Part shown: positions 8,599-18,472 of the stretch, piece by piece | How positions within the stretch are numbered: position 1 is the first letter of the stretch | Layout of the letters: the number at the start of each line of letters is the position of its first letter | Assembly: GCA_043739185.1 (NCBI GenBank) | Contig: JAYUEN010000008.1 | Span: 2,750-66,749, forward strand | DNA: 64,000 bases | Source: Bdellovibrionales bacterium | GTDB taxonomy: Bacteria > Bdellovibrionota > Bdellovibrionia > Bdellovibrionales > JAMPXM01 | Reading direction: 5' to 3' | Made by a program: the position numbers and the translations under genes | Notes under the pieces: model-generated | What the model saw: only the letters and a program-made list of their open reading frames with translations | Databases searched by the model: none | What the model was told of the DNA's origin: nothing

Positions 8599-9885
8599 TT
8601 ATCTCTTCAAGTTAATGACTTCACCTAAGAGCTCATCCGTCGTTGTGATCGTCTTGGCATTGGCCTGAAAACCTCTTTGATTTTGAATCAGGTTTACGAA
8701 CTCAAGAGCTAAATCCACAGTTGATCGTTCAAGAGATTTGGCTTGTAACTTTCCGCGCCCAGCGTGGTTGGCTTTACCCACAGAGGCCGTACCTGAATCC
8801 CTGGCTTCTTTGAATCTATTATTACCAACTTTATAAAGAGCTTCTGGATTTTCAAATTTCGCAAGCGCAATTTGTGAAAGATCGACTGCCTGGCCATTTG
8901 AATAAAGTGCAGTTAAAATCCCTTCATCACTAAAAGAAATATTATTGATGGTACCTGCTGCCGAACCATCTTGTGCCCAGCTGATCAAATCTGATTCTTT
9001 GCCGTATTGCTTGGTACCCTCTAAGCCTTTGCCTTTTTTAGTCGTGATGCTATCACCAAAATCGAATTTCAATTGCTGATTTTGAAGTGCGCCACCAGCA
9101 AAATTGAATCCTGATTTGGTAACCGCTTCGGTATCGAGTTTACCATCTGTCGTGAAGGTCAATTTTCCCGCAGTAACTTCTGAATACTTGCCGGGAACTC
9201 CGCCCGCAACTTCTTTGCCATCACAGAGGCCATGGTATTCCCACTGGCGATCGGCAGTTTTATTAAAATACATGGTGAGCAAATGTTTGTTACCTTGAGA
9301 ATCGAACATTTCAATACCAGTTGAATAGTCACTGGTCGTGTTCGGATCTTCTAATTTGAAAATTTTCTTGGATTCAATTCGCGAATCTAAATTTAAATCC
9401 ATTCGAATCGAAGTAGTCGCTTTTGCCGGAGTCAATGCGCGCGGGAATCTCACATCACCTAATTTGTTTACGATATTACCTTTTTCATCCGCATCAAAAC
9501 CTTGAACCCGTTGATTATCGTTGGTAACCAAAAATCCTTCTTTATCGAAGTGAAAAGATCCATCACGCGTAAAAGATTCTCCGTCGTTTCCTTTTAGAAC
9601 GAACATCCCGTCACCGCCAATAGATAAATCTGTGGCCTTATCTGTGCTATCGACGTTACCTTGCGTGAGAATAGGATTTACCGCGCCGATCTTCACACCG
9701 CGACCAATTTGGTTTCCACCCAAAATACCTTTTAAACTCTTTGCGATGATGTCCTGAAACTCAGCCCGTGAGTGTTTGAAACCAGTGGTATTGGCGTTGG
9801 CAATATTATCACCAATTACCCCGAGCGCTTCACCTTGCGCTGTTAAACCAGATACACCGGTGTATAGACCTGAAAGAACTCCCAT
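8599..9885 (-). CDS. flgE: Flagellar hook protein FlgE
   Basis: SLYTGVSGL..GDNIANANTTGFK; TRDGSF; LERSTVDLALEFVNLI..QRGFQANAK. Confidence 0.96.
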   Translation of the reverse strand: MGVLSGLYTGVSGLTAQGEALGVIGDNIANANTTGFKHSRAEFQDIIAKSLKGILGGNQIGRGVKIGAVNPILTQGNVDSTDKATDLSIGGDGMFVLKGNDGESFTRDGSFHFDKEGFLVTNDNQRVQGFDADEKGNIVNKLGDVRFPRALTPAKATTSIRMDLNLDSRIESKKIFKLEDPNTTSDYSTGIEMFDSQGNKHLLTMYFNKTADRQWEYHGLCDGKEVAGGVPGKYSEVTAGKLTFTTDGKLDTEAVTKSGFNFAGGALQNQQLKFDFGDSITTKKGKGLEGTKQYGKESDLISWAQDGSAAGTINNISFSDEGILTALYSNGQAVDLSQIALAKFENPEALYKVGNNRFKEARDSGTASVGKANHAGRGKLQAKSLERSTVDLALEFVNLIQNQRGFQANAKTITTTDELLGEVINLKR

Positions 9886-9898
9886 GCTAACTCCTCCT

Positions 9899-9987
9899 GA
9901 GACAACATTCTGTTGTCTCGTGTTTTCGTCACGTCAATCAATCGGCGACGAGGAGGGCTCCTCAAACATTCTGTTTGAGACCAGCCC
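9899..9987 (-). promoter_or_regulatory. Structured flgE leader with two hairpins sharing AACA-GAA-UGUU
   Basis: CUCAAACA-GAA-UGUUUGAG (9961-9979) and GAGACAACA-GAA-UGUUGUCUC (9899-9919), next to the SD AGGAGGAG. Confidence 0.7.
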
Positions 9988-10030
9988 ATTGTTTATTTAA
10001 CTAACTCTAACTTTTCAAATACGCTCCCTA

Positions 10031-10152
10031 GAGAGTGTTTCAAAAGCTTCAGCTTCGAGGCGCAAGGAGGGCCGTGCGGAGGCCTACTCCTAGTAGGCCG
10101 CACAAACCGCCAGACGATGCAACGAAGAAGATGAAACTTTTCAAACACTCTC
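10031..10152. mobile_element. 122-bp palindromic non-coding element (MITE/REP-like)
   Basis: About 26-bp imperfect terminal inverted repeats GAGAGTGTTTsAAAAGyTTCAkCTTC; GC-rich core hairpin GTGCGG..GGCCTACT-CCT-AGTAGGCC-GCAC. Confidence 0.6.
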
Positions 10153-10153
10153 C

Positions 10154-10636
10154 TTAAAGTACAATTGTTGAATCAATATTTGTAAACACATTATCTTTCA
10201 TTAAAGCTTTGTCCATTACAGTCACCACTGTATTATTCTTTACAGAGACAATAAGGGCAGACTCACCACTCAATACCAAGGTATCTTTCGATCCTTTGTT
10301 TCCGGCCTTTACCACTGCATCTTGAATATTTTTGAGCTCATCCGGACCAAAACTTATACCGCGAGATTTCATTCTTTCAATTGCGTGGCCTGAAAATTTC
10401 AATTGCTCGGTTGCGACTTTGGCTTCATCAGGAACCAAAGGAGCCTTTATAGTTGTTGGGACCGCTGCTTTTGGAACTTCACTGGTCGTTTGATCTAATA
10501 ATTTTTTGAAACTGTCGTCGTTTGATACGAGACCCGCAGCCCCTGCACTTGTTTTTGAACTATTTGCGGAACCATTAACTTGAGATGGCGATATTTTTTG
10601 CGGGCTTACTTGATTCGAAATTTTATTCGGTATCAT
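10154..10636 (-). CDS. Flagellar operon protein, TIGR02530 family
   Basis: LKFSGHAIERMKSRGI; ALIVSVKNNTVVTVMD; NVFTNIDS; lies between flgD and flgE. Confidence 0.88.
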   Translation of the reverse strand: MIPNKISNQVSPQKISPSQVNGSANSSKTSAGAAGLVSNDDSFKKLLDQTTSEVPKAAVPTTIKAPLVPDEAKVATEQLKFSGHAIERMKSRGISFGPDELKNIQDAVVKAGNKGSKDTLVLSGESALIVSVKNNTVVTVMDKALMKDNVFTNIDSTIVL

Positions 10637-11760
10637 GTCTCCCCCTTTTCGTCTTTAGCTTCACTCTCTCTGGTCGCCTGCGATTTGGCATCATTGTATT
10701 TTTGCATCGCTTGGCTCGACATACCAACCGATTTACTGATTGGTGATTGCGTCGACGAAACTGTGGCTGAACGTTCATTCATTTTTGTTTCGGGGATTGA
10801 TGGCCCGCGTGGGGCTGCTGGCGATTGTTTAGGCGGACCACCATCAGGTTTCGCCTGTTGCAAGGCTGGCATTCCAACAATATTTTTGAGTGCTCCATCA
10901 TGAGCTTGATTAATTAAGTCTTGCGGACTGGCACCGGCAGCTGTCGGTTGCACCGGTGAAGCATCCGCTTCTTCAATTCGCTTCACATCGGCTAAGCGTA
11001 TTGCTTGCTGTCCAACGAGGAGCACAGGACCAGTCGGAGTATAGTTGAGCCCGGTAATTTTTCCCTCAAAATCAGTTTTAGCAAATACTCGGCCGCCATT
11101 TGAAGAGGTGGCTTCTATACTGAAAATATAATCTCCTGGGCGCGCTTCGAGACCATCATCTGCCAAGCCATTCCATTTGATGCTGTTCTCGCCTTTTTTA
11201 AGATTGGCGAGATCAATTTTACGAACTACATTTCCTTCACTGTCTGAAATGTGAACCTTTCCTTTGAGCGCATCGGCTGACAAATTATAGTGAAATTCAT
11301 GTTCTTTATCGCCAGCCACTCTAGTTAATTTTGAAGAATCACCACTCACTTTTTTGCCAATAAAATTCAAAGCTTGATAATTGGTTTGGGGCTGCTGTTG
11401 TTGTTTCATACCACTTAAAGTCGAGTTGATATTGCTCAATTGCTCAAGTGAGGTGAATTGCGCCAGCTGAGCCGCCATCTCATGCGACTGCATCGGACTT
11501 GAAGGATCTTGGTACTTCATTTGAGTCAGCATCAATTTTAAAAATGCATCTTTATCGAGTTGATTATTTCCTACTTTGCGAACCTTAGACGGATCGATAT
11601 AATTAGGATCCGCAATCTTATTTAGAACCGCACCAACATCTTCGCCACCAAGGGCTTTTTCTTTATCTGTCGAACTTAAATTTTGTATGGGATCAGAATG
11701 CGGAGATTCACTTGCCGCAGATTTCGCCCATGTGGTCGTTCCCAATTTAACATTCATCAT
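10633..11760 (-). CDS. flgD: Flagellar hook capping protein FlgD
   Basis: LDKDAFLKLMLTQMKYQDP; AQLAQFTSLEQL; C-terminal low-complexity tail. Confidence 0.93.
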   Translation of the reverse strand: MMNVKLGTTTWAKSAASESPHSDPIQNLSSTDKEKALGGEDVGAVLNKIADPNYIDPSKVRKVGNNQLDKDAFLKLMLTQMKYQDPSSPMQSHEMAAQLAQFTSLEQLSNINSTLSGMKQQQQPQTNYQALNFIGKKVSGDSSKLTRVAGDKEHEFHYNLSADALKGKVHISDSEGNVVRKIDLANLKKGENSIKWNGLADDGLEARPGDYIFSIEATSSNGGRVFAKTDFEGKITGLNYTPTGPVLLVGQQAIRLADVKRIEEADASPVQPTAAGASPQDLINQAHDGALKNIVGMPALQQAKPDGGPPKQSPAAPRGPSIPETKMNERSATVSSTQSPISKSVGMSSQAMQKYNDAKSQATRESEAKDEKGET

Positions 11761-13814
11761 GCGAAAACACTCAATCTACGACTTTCATCGCGACGTTTGA
11801 AATTCTGTTCATCTGGCGTGGCTTCAACACTAACTCTTTGCTTAGGTTCTGAACGATAGGCTCTCCAGCCCGGAACATCTGCGAAGCCTGAGTTACGATC
11901 ATTTCTTTGATCACGCATTTCGCCTGCGAAATTTCCGGCCATCTCTCTTTGGGCTTCACGCATAGCTTCGCGTTGGGTTTCGCCTTGTTGTTGCTCCATT
12001 TTTTTATCAGCGAGACCACTTGCAATTCCTATTTTCAAAGACTCTACTTGAAGTTTATGGGCCGCTAAATTTCCTTTGAGCTCATGAATTCCGTCTTCTA
12101 AAAGTTTTTTTACTTTGTCGTTTTGTGCCATCATTTGAATATTAACCTGACCATTTTCAAGAGCAATTTTGAGATGAACCTGGCCCATTCCCTCGGGCTT
12201 CATTTCAACATTCATCTCGCCGCCACCTTTTTTAATGATGACTTGCGCTTGTTTTATCACTTCTTGAACATTTTCAGCTGACTCTTGTTTGCTTGGGCCG
12301 GTCATCATCATCTGCTGGGGACTCAAGGCCGCCGCCGTGCTGCCCGCAACACTGGCCGTTGCCCCCGCAATATTTCCGGCAGAAGTCGACTGCGTAGCGC
12401 TTGCTGCCGAACTTGCACTCTTGGTTTGAATCGTATCACTTTTGAGATTCAACTTAGTCGAGTCTGCGAAATTCTTTGAAGCCAAATTTGAATTTTGCTG
12501 AGTATTTTGAGCTGCATAATTTTTGGTGCCGCGCTGATTATCTTCTGCTGCTTCACCTTGATCTGAATTTTGCGACTGGCTCTGAGCAAATGCGCTCATA
12601 TCCATAACCGGAACTTGAGCACTTGTTGCTCCTGCCATTGGCGCCACACTCGGTGCCGCAGCACTATCTTCTGCACCCACTGCTGCAGCCATACCACCCG
12701 CTTGACCGCTCAATTTGGCAAGCATTGCCCCTAGGTTGTTTGAAGACTTTGAGTCCTGATCTTCGCTCTGACCGGATTGCGTCAGCTTCTTCAATTGTTC
12801 TTTAATGCTTGGTGGAATTTGTTGATTGGCCTGGGGTTGAAATTCACCTTTTCTAAAAAAACTGTCATTTAGTTTATCAAGTGATTTGTTCAATTGTTCG
12901 AGTTTGGCTTGGGTTGAATCCATCACCTTCAAAGAAACACTTTTGGATTCGTCGTCACTTCCTAAAAGTTTTTCGTTCAAAGCGGCTTCACCGGTTTCGT
13001 TGAGCATTTGCTTATAAAGATTCGCAATTTGCTGACGAGCGGGACCTTTAACGTTTAAATTATTTACAAATTGAGAAATGGTTTCGCTCGGAGGTGCGGT
13101 CAAAGTCTTCTCATCCATTTTTGCAAAAGCCTGAACCACTTTGTCTGGGGTGATTCCGTATTGGGCCTGCAATTGACCCATAAATTTTTGTACAGATGCC
13201 TGCTTCACCTCAGCCTGTTGATCGCGTAAGGCTTCTTTTACTTCTTTAAGTTCACTAGGAGATAAGTCCTTCACATCAAATTGCGGAGACGTCAATACTG
13301 CAAATAGCTGCATATTGGGTTCCGTTTTCATTTCTCGTGAGCTTGAGTCGTCATTTGAGTTTGATTCAATAATTTCTTCATCTTTATTTGCCATTGGCAT
13401 TTTTTGCTTGGCTGAAGAAAGAGGACGCGATGGAGTGCTCTTAAATGAAAAACGATCCGCATCAGGATCAGCTAAGCTCTCAACTTCAGTACCTTCATCT
13501 TCTTGAGAAACGCGCTTTCGTATTGGAGCTTCAGATTTCAATTGCGATGATTCGGAGGCTAAGGAATCTTTTTTACTTGATTGTGAAGAGGCCTTTTCAT
13601 TTCCTTGCTCGTCATAACTCTTAAGTTTTCGAGCAAATTCAGATTTTGTTTTTGGAGCCACTTTTTCACTATTTTTTACAGCCCCAGAGTTGTTCTCAGC
13701 CTTTTTGGTGGACTCAACAGACGTGCCTTCTGAAAGCCCAGAATCTTGGGCGCGCTTTGAGCGGGCCTCTGGCTTTAAAAAGAAATCATTTGTTGAGCTC
13801 ACATCACTTATCAC
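11757..13814 (-). CDS. fliK: Flagellar hook-length control protein FliK
   Basis: Low-complexity N/middle region; C-terminal MKPEGMGQVHLKI...LKGNL domain; directly upstream of flgD. Confidence 0.85.
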   Translation of the reverse strand: MISDVSSTNDFFLKPEARSKRAQDSGLSEGTSVESTKKAENNSGAVKNSEKVAPKTKSEFARKLKSYDEQGNEKASSQSSKKDSLASESSQLKSEAPIRKRVSQEDEGTEVESLADPDADRFSFKSTPSRPLSSAKQKMPMANKDEEIIESNSNDDSSSREMKTEPNMQLFAVLTSPQFDVKDLSPSELKEVKEALRDQQAEVKQASVQKFMGQLQAQYGITPDKVVQAFAKMDEKTLTAPPSETISQFVNNLNVKGPARQQIANLYKQMLNETGEAALNEKLLGSDDESKSVSLKVMDSTQAKLEQLNKSLDKLNDSFFRKGEFQPQANQQIPPSIKEQLKKLTQSGQSEDQDSKSSNNLGAMLAKLSGQAGGMAAAVGAEDSAAAPSVAPMAGATSAQVPVMDMSAFAQSQSQNSDQGEAAEDNQRGTKNYAAQNTQQNSNLASKNFADSTKLNLKSDTIQTKSASSAASATQSTSAGNIAGATASVAGSTAAALSPQQMMMTGPSKQESAENVQEVIKQAQVIIKKGGGEMNVEMKPEGMGQVHLKIALENGQVNIQMMAQNDKVKKLLEDGIHELKGNLAAHKLQVESLKIGIASGLADKKMEQQQGETQREAMREAQREMAGNFAGEMRDQRNDRNSGFADVPGWRAYRSEPKQRVSVEATPDEQNFKRRDESRRLSVFA

Positions 13815-13817
13815 AAA

Positions 13818-14828
13818 TCACCTTTTGGTTTCGTCATCACTTGCGGGTTTTCGATATCCGGCCAACATTTCAGAAAGTTTTTTCGCCTTTTTTGCGTCTA
13901 AACTATTCATAATTTCGGCCGCACTTTTCTTTTTCATTTTATCCAAAACCTCTACTGCCAATTCTTCGTTTAAACTTTCAATCACCTTTGCTGCTTGCTG
14001 CGCCTTCATAGTCGAGTAGAACTGAACGAGCTTTTCTACTTTCTCCTGATCAATCGCAACTCGGTCCTTGAGCACACCAGAAATTTCAGTTCGCATTTTC
14101 TCAAGCTTCTGAATTTTTTGATCCAGCTCAACTCTCTGCTTTTGCAATTCTTCGTCCAATTTATTGAGTTCGGCCTCGCGCTGGTCGAGATCTTTTTTTC
14201 GGTCAGCTAAATGACTGAAGTAACTTAATTCTTCCTTCGTCATATTCCGAAAGTCGGGCACTTCTGCCTTTGTCTTTTCAGCCTCCGTCTGGGATTTTTT
14301 TTCTGCTTTTGAAGCCACTGGATCGGCAGAATTTGCCGGAGCAGTTTCAGCTTTTGTTTCTCCCTTAGCATCATTTTTCGCTTCCGCTTTTGTCGCCCCA
14401 GCTTTGTTTGCAGCTGAAGGTGCCGGATTATCCGCGGCCTGGGCTCCATTCATTTGAATATCGATTCGCTTTAAAATGAAATTCACTTTTTGATAATTGA
14501 AATAACCCAGAGTCACAAACACCAAAATTACCACTAGGCAAGCAATTGCGAAAACCGGCACAGGCCTTTTGAATCCTTGCTTACTTAATTTTCTTTTGCG
14601 CTCTAAGAACTTTATTTTTAATTTTTGCTCGGGCGTTAAATGATGGCCACTGGTAGCAGATTCAAAATGTTCATCAATTTGTGAAAGTGAATCCCTGCGT
14701 GAAGACTTCTCTTGAGGACGCTTTTTCTCGGAGTTTGTTTTGAGTTTGAATTGGGGCTCCGGCCGGGACGATGTGGGCTGCCTGACCTGTTTTGCCTGTT
14801 TAAAAAATTTCTCGTAACCTTGATTCAA
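13818..14828 (-). CDS. MotE/YlxF-like flagellar protein (MgtE N-terminal-like domain)
   Basis: One TM helix, coiled coil, KLVQFYSTMKAQQAAKVI..MKKKSAAEIM; between fliJ and fliK. Confidence 0.75.
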   Translation of the reverse strand: MNQGYEKFFKQAKQVRQPTSSRPEPQFKLKTNSEKKRPQEKSSRRDSLSQIDEHFESATSGHHLTPEQKLKIKFLERKRKLSKQGFKRPVPVFAIACLVVILVFVTLGYFNYQKVNFILKRIDIQMNGAQAADNPAPSAANKAGATKAEAKNDAKGETKAETAPANSADPVASKAEKKSQTEAEKTKAEVPDFRNMTKEELSYFSHLADRKKDLDQREAELNKLDEELQKQRVELDQKIQKLEKMRTEISGVLKDRVAIDQEKVEKLVQFYSTMKAQQAAKVIESLNEELAVEVLDKMKKKSAAEIMNSLDAKKAKKLSEMLAGYRKPASDDETKR

Positions 14829-14843
14829 GCTAGCTCTCCTCTT

Positions 14844-15302
14844 TTAGTTCACGTCATTTAAATCGCGTCGTTTAAATCGCGTCGTAACCAGTTCATCTAC
14901 TTTTTTCATTTCTCTCTTTTTCACGCTGTCTTTAAACTCAACTAGTCTTTTTTCTTTTAGCTTTTCTAATATTTTATACTCTTTTGCAGCGCTCACCAAG
15001 GCCTGTTGTTTAAGCTCAGCCACCTGTTGAAGTTCCCTAATTTTCTTTCTTTGAATTTCAATTCGGATTTTATGCTTATTAATAAAATCATCTATTAGAG
15101 CCAGACTTGGGGCCTGTTTGCCGCCGGTCACTTCAAGTAAGCGAGCACGTTGTCTTGAATCGTCAATTTGTTGATACATGTTTTCAAGTTCAATTTCAGC
15201 TTGGTCTAAGTCTTTTTGTGCAATTATGTAATCTCTTTGCGCAAGCTCCTCGAGTCGCTTGCGATATTCTAATAAATGTTGATAGCTGAACTTGAAATTC
15301 AT
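14844..15302 (-). CDS. fliJ: Flagellar export protein FliJ
   Basis: FKFSYQHLLEYR...LEKLKEK...EMKKVDE; follows fliI. Confidence 0.9.
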   Translation of the reverse strand: MNFKFSYQHLLEYRKRLEELAQRDYIIAQKDLDQAEIELENMYQQIDDSRQRARLLEVTGGKQAPSLALIDDFINKHKIRIEIQRKKIRELQQVAELKQQALVSAAKEYKILEKLKEKRLVEFKDSVKKREMKKVDELVTTRFKRRDLNDVN

Positions 15303-16630
15303 CGCATTCCGCTAATTTGAGTCAAATACTGAACGCAATCTGTAACCGATGAACTTTCACTAACTTCTTGGCGCAAATAAAGTTCAATTGCGGGATGCAT
15401 GCGAATCGCACGATCAATATCTGGATTGGAGCCCGATTTATATGCGCCAATATTAATGAGGTCTTCCGCCTCTTTATAGATCGCAATATTCTCGCGAATT
15501 GTTTTTGCAACTTGCAAGTGATCCGGAGTTGAGATGGCGCGCATAACTCGCGATGTACTTTGAGAGACATCTATAGCAGGGAAATGACCACGCTGCGCAA
15601 GGCTTCGCTCGAGCACGATATGACCATCTACAATAGATCGAACGGAATCAGCGATTGGGTCATCCATATCGTCACCCTCAACCAAAACTGTATAAAGACC
15701 GGTGATGCTCCCTGAGCCCGCATAATTTCCTGCACGCTCAAGTAGTTTGGGTAATTGTGCAAAAACACTTGGCGTATATCCTTTGCTTGCCGGGGGTTCT
15801 CCGCTATTGAGTCCAATTTCTCTCTGGGCCATTGCAAAACGCGTAACTGAGTCCATCATAAGAAGAACATTTTTTTTCTGAGAACAAAAATACTCCGCTA
15901 TACTGGTTGCCACAAAAGCGGCGCGCATTCTTACCAGTGGGGATTGGTCACTCGTTGCCACCACCAATACAGATCTTTGAAGACCTTCGGGCCCTAAAAT
16001 ATCATCTATAAATTCTTTTACCTCACGACCGCGCTCGCCTATCAAGGCGATGACATTCACATCGGCATCTGAGGATTTAGCCATCATGCCGAGTAAAACT
16101 GATTTACCCACACCCGATCCTGCCATAATCCCCATGCGCTGGCCGCGCCCGACCGTCATCAATCCATTGATTGCGCGAATGCCGAGATCAAGGGGTTCGT
16201 GTATATTTTTACGCGACAGCGGATTTTCAACTGCATTATATATAAAAGCTTCGTCTAAGCTTTCAATCTGCCCTTTGTCATCTAAAGGCTCGCCAAGTCC
16301 ATCGATCACTCGTCCCAATAACTCGGGCCCCACTTTCACCATCGCGCTTTGCTTTTGCAAAACAACGCGTGATCCGAGGCCGACTCCTCGCATTTCTCCG
16401 AGAGGCATAAGTAAAACATTGCGGTCTCGAAAGCCCACCACCTCGGCCGAAAATTTGTCAAAACCGTGAGCGGGAGCAATTTCACAAATGCTGCCGATCG
16501 TTCCGCCCGGTAAATATCCAATCATGAGATTGCCTACTACTTGCGTAATTTTGCCTATGTCTTCGGTTAAATGAATACGATCTATGGTCTTAAAATACTT
16601 TTCAAGATTGAGCTCTAAATCTTGATTCAT
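15299..16630 (-). CDS. fliI: Flagellar export ATPase FliI
   Basis: AGSGVGKS, LIGERGREV, DSVTRFA, DGHIVL, FPAID. Confidence 0.96.
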   Translation of the reverse strand: MNQDLELNLEKYFKTIDRIHLTEDIGKITQVVGNLMIGYLPGGTIGSICEIAPAHGFDKFSAEVVGFRDRNVLLMPLGEMRGVGLGSRVVLQKQSAMVKVGPELLGRVIDGLGEPLDDKGQIESLDEAFIYNAVENPLSRKNIHEPLDLGIRAINGLMTVGRGQRMGIMAGSGVGKSVLLGMMAKSSDADVNVIALIGERGREVKEFIDDILGPEGLQRSVLVVATSDQSPLVRMRAAFVATSIAEYFCSQKKNVLLMMDSVTRFAMAQREIGLNSGEPPASKGYTPSVFAQLPKLLERAGNYAGSGSITGLYTVLVEGDDMDDPIADSVRSIVDGHIVLERSLAQRGHFPAIDVSQSTSRVMRAISTPDHLQVAKTIRENIAIYKEAEDLINIGAYKSGSNPDIDRAIRMHPAIELYLRQEVSESSSVTDCVQYLTQISGMR

Positions 16631-17409
16631 GTGCCATCACCGACCTCATCTTTAGTTCGTGGGGCCTTCTGAACTAAAGATTGCCAGAGCTTCTCAACTC
16701 TTTGTTCAACCGTGGCATTAATTGCGCCGTAATTGGTTTCGATCTTACAGCCACCTCGAGAAAGTTCGGGATCTTCTTCGAGTTTTAAATTTTTAATAAA
16801 ATCAAAATTCTTAGTCAGTTTGTCTTGGGTTTCGAGAACAAATTTCAAATCGCTCGCCGCCAATTTCACGGTCATTTTTTGCTCAGATTGAGCGGCCTCA
16901 GTCACCTGGCGCAAAACCTCAAGTATGATTTCTGGTTTTTCTTCAATCTCAACCATCGCGATTTTACTCGCCATGCGGTAAAGCAGGTGAATCAGAAATA
17001 CCTCATTGTGAGAAATGAGTTGGGTTTTTAAATTTTCAATTTTCGAAAGTAACTTTTCAAAGCCTTCAAGTCGCTCGGCCAATTGAATCTTTGATTCTTC
17101 AAATCCGGCTTTAGCGCCCTCATCTTTTCCTAGTTCAAAGCCTGCTTTGTAGGCGTCTTCTTGCATTTCCTTCACTTTAATAAGGGCCTGCTTTTCAACT
17201 TTCTCTTCAATCGAAAGTCTTTCAAGCTCTCCAATTCCTGTTTGCTGAGAAACCGTATGATCGAGCTTAAAGTCGGTACGTTTATCGCCGGTTTGAATCT
17301 TATGAAAGGAAACTGCGTTTTCAGAAATCCTCATCGGAAATTTCTTAGGAGAAAAAGTAACTGCCACGTTTTCGGCTTCGTCTTTATCAATAATAGATTT
17401 TGCAATCAT
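16627..17409 (-). CDS. fliH: Flagellar assembly protein FliH
   Basis: AxxxGxxxG repeats (AYKAGFELGKDEG), GGCKIET; between fliG and fliI; start taken at ATG 17409. Confidence 0.88.
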   Translation of the reverse strand: MIAKSIIDKDEAENVAVTFSPKKFPMRISENAVSFHKIQTGDKRTDFKLDHTVSQQTGIGELERLSIEEKVEKQALIKVKEMQEDAYKAGFELGKDEGAKAGFEESKIQLAERLEGFEKLLSKIENLKTQLISHNEVFLIHLLYRMASKIAMVEIEEKPEIILEVLRQVTEAAQSEQKMTVKLAASDLKFVLETQDKLTKNFDFIKNLKLEEDPELSRGGCKIETNYGAINATVEQRVEKLWQSLVQKAPRTKDEVGDGT

Positions 17410-17428
17410 AAAAAGAACCGCTTTTCTC

Positions 17429-18472
17429 TTAAACCATTGCGTCGTCTGCACCACCGCGAGCAATTATAATTTTACCTTCAGTTTCAAGCCGTCTCGCTAC
17501 GTTTACAATTTCTTGTTGTGCGCCTTCGACATCACTCAATCTCGCCGGTGGCATATTGGCCAGATCCTCTTTCAACATTTGAGCCGCTCTTTGAGAAATA
17601 TTTTTAAATACTTTATTTTTAATATCTTCATTGGCCGTTTTAAGAGCCATAAGCAATTTATCATTTGGAACTTCTTTAAGAAGAGATTGAATTCCTTTGT
17701 CATCGATCTTAGCGATGTCTTCAAAGACAAACATCAATTTGCGAATTTCTTCTGCTAGGATGGGATCCTTTTCCTCAATGCGCGACATGATCGCTTTTTC
17801 GGTATTTTTGTCCATGACGTTTAACATTTCAGCTACAGGTTGAACGCCGCCGAGAGCTGCTTGCTCAACTGTTCCGAGGTTGGCGAGTTCTTCTTTTAAG
17901 ACGCGATCTACTTCGGCAATCAGCTCTGGTGCCACGTGATCAAGATTTGCCATCCTGAGTACCACTTCAGCCTGCAATGCTTCTGGAAGTCTCTTTAAAA
18001 CCTCGCCCTTTTTTTCGGGTTCAAGATGCGCAAGGATGACCGCAACGGTTTGAGGATGTTCATTGATTAAGAAATTGGCCAATGATTTGGCGTCCACCAT
18101 TTCTAAACTTTCAAGTGAACGGCTAGCCGTATTATTGACATTTAAGTGTCCTAAAATACCTCGGGCTCGCTCTTCTCCCACGGCATCTACGATACTATCT
18201 TTCGAAGTCACTTTGTCAGAAAAAATATATTCTTCGCTCTCATTGATCATTTCATAAAACTCTTCTAATACTTTTTTCGTGATGTCGATGGGAACAATTC
18301 TATATTTTTGCATGCAGGCTAGTAATTTTCGAATGTCGCCGTCATCCATATGTTTTAAAAGCTTTTTCGCGGCGGCAGGTCCGAGAAAATTCATAAGGAT
18401 CGCCGCTTTCTCAAATCCTTTAAGACTTTGATATTCAACATATTCACTTTTGTGAAGTCTAATGGTGGTCAT
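17429..18472 (-). CDS. fliG: Flagellar motor switch protein FliG
   Basis: KAAIL, EHPQTVAVILAHL, GGVQPVAEMLN, MFVFEDI. Confidence 0.96.
   Translation of the reverse strand: MTTIRLHKSEYVEYQSLKGFEKAAILMNFLGPAAAKKLLKHMDDGDIRKLLACMQKYRIVPIDITKKVLEEFYEMINESEEYIFSDKVTSKDSIVDAVGEERARGILGHLNVNNTASRSLESLEMVDAKSLANFLINEHPQTVAVILAHLEPEKKGEVLKRLPEALQAEVVLRMANLDHVAPELIAEVDRVLKEELANLGTVEQAALGGVQPVAEMLNVMDKNTEKAIMSRIEEKDPILAEEIRKLMFVFEDIAKIDDKGIQSLLKEVPNDKLLMALKTANEDIKNKVFKNISQRAAQMLKEDLANMPPARLSDVEGAQQEIVNVARRLETEGKIIIARGGADDAMV

Noticed and set aside
17410-17463. N-terminal extensions given by the ORF track (fliH, also HU, pfkA, coaD, HNH, 48673 ORF)
   Set aside because: They overlap upstream genes or terminators; downstream starts fit the SD or family N-termini better.
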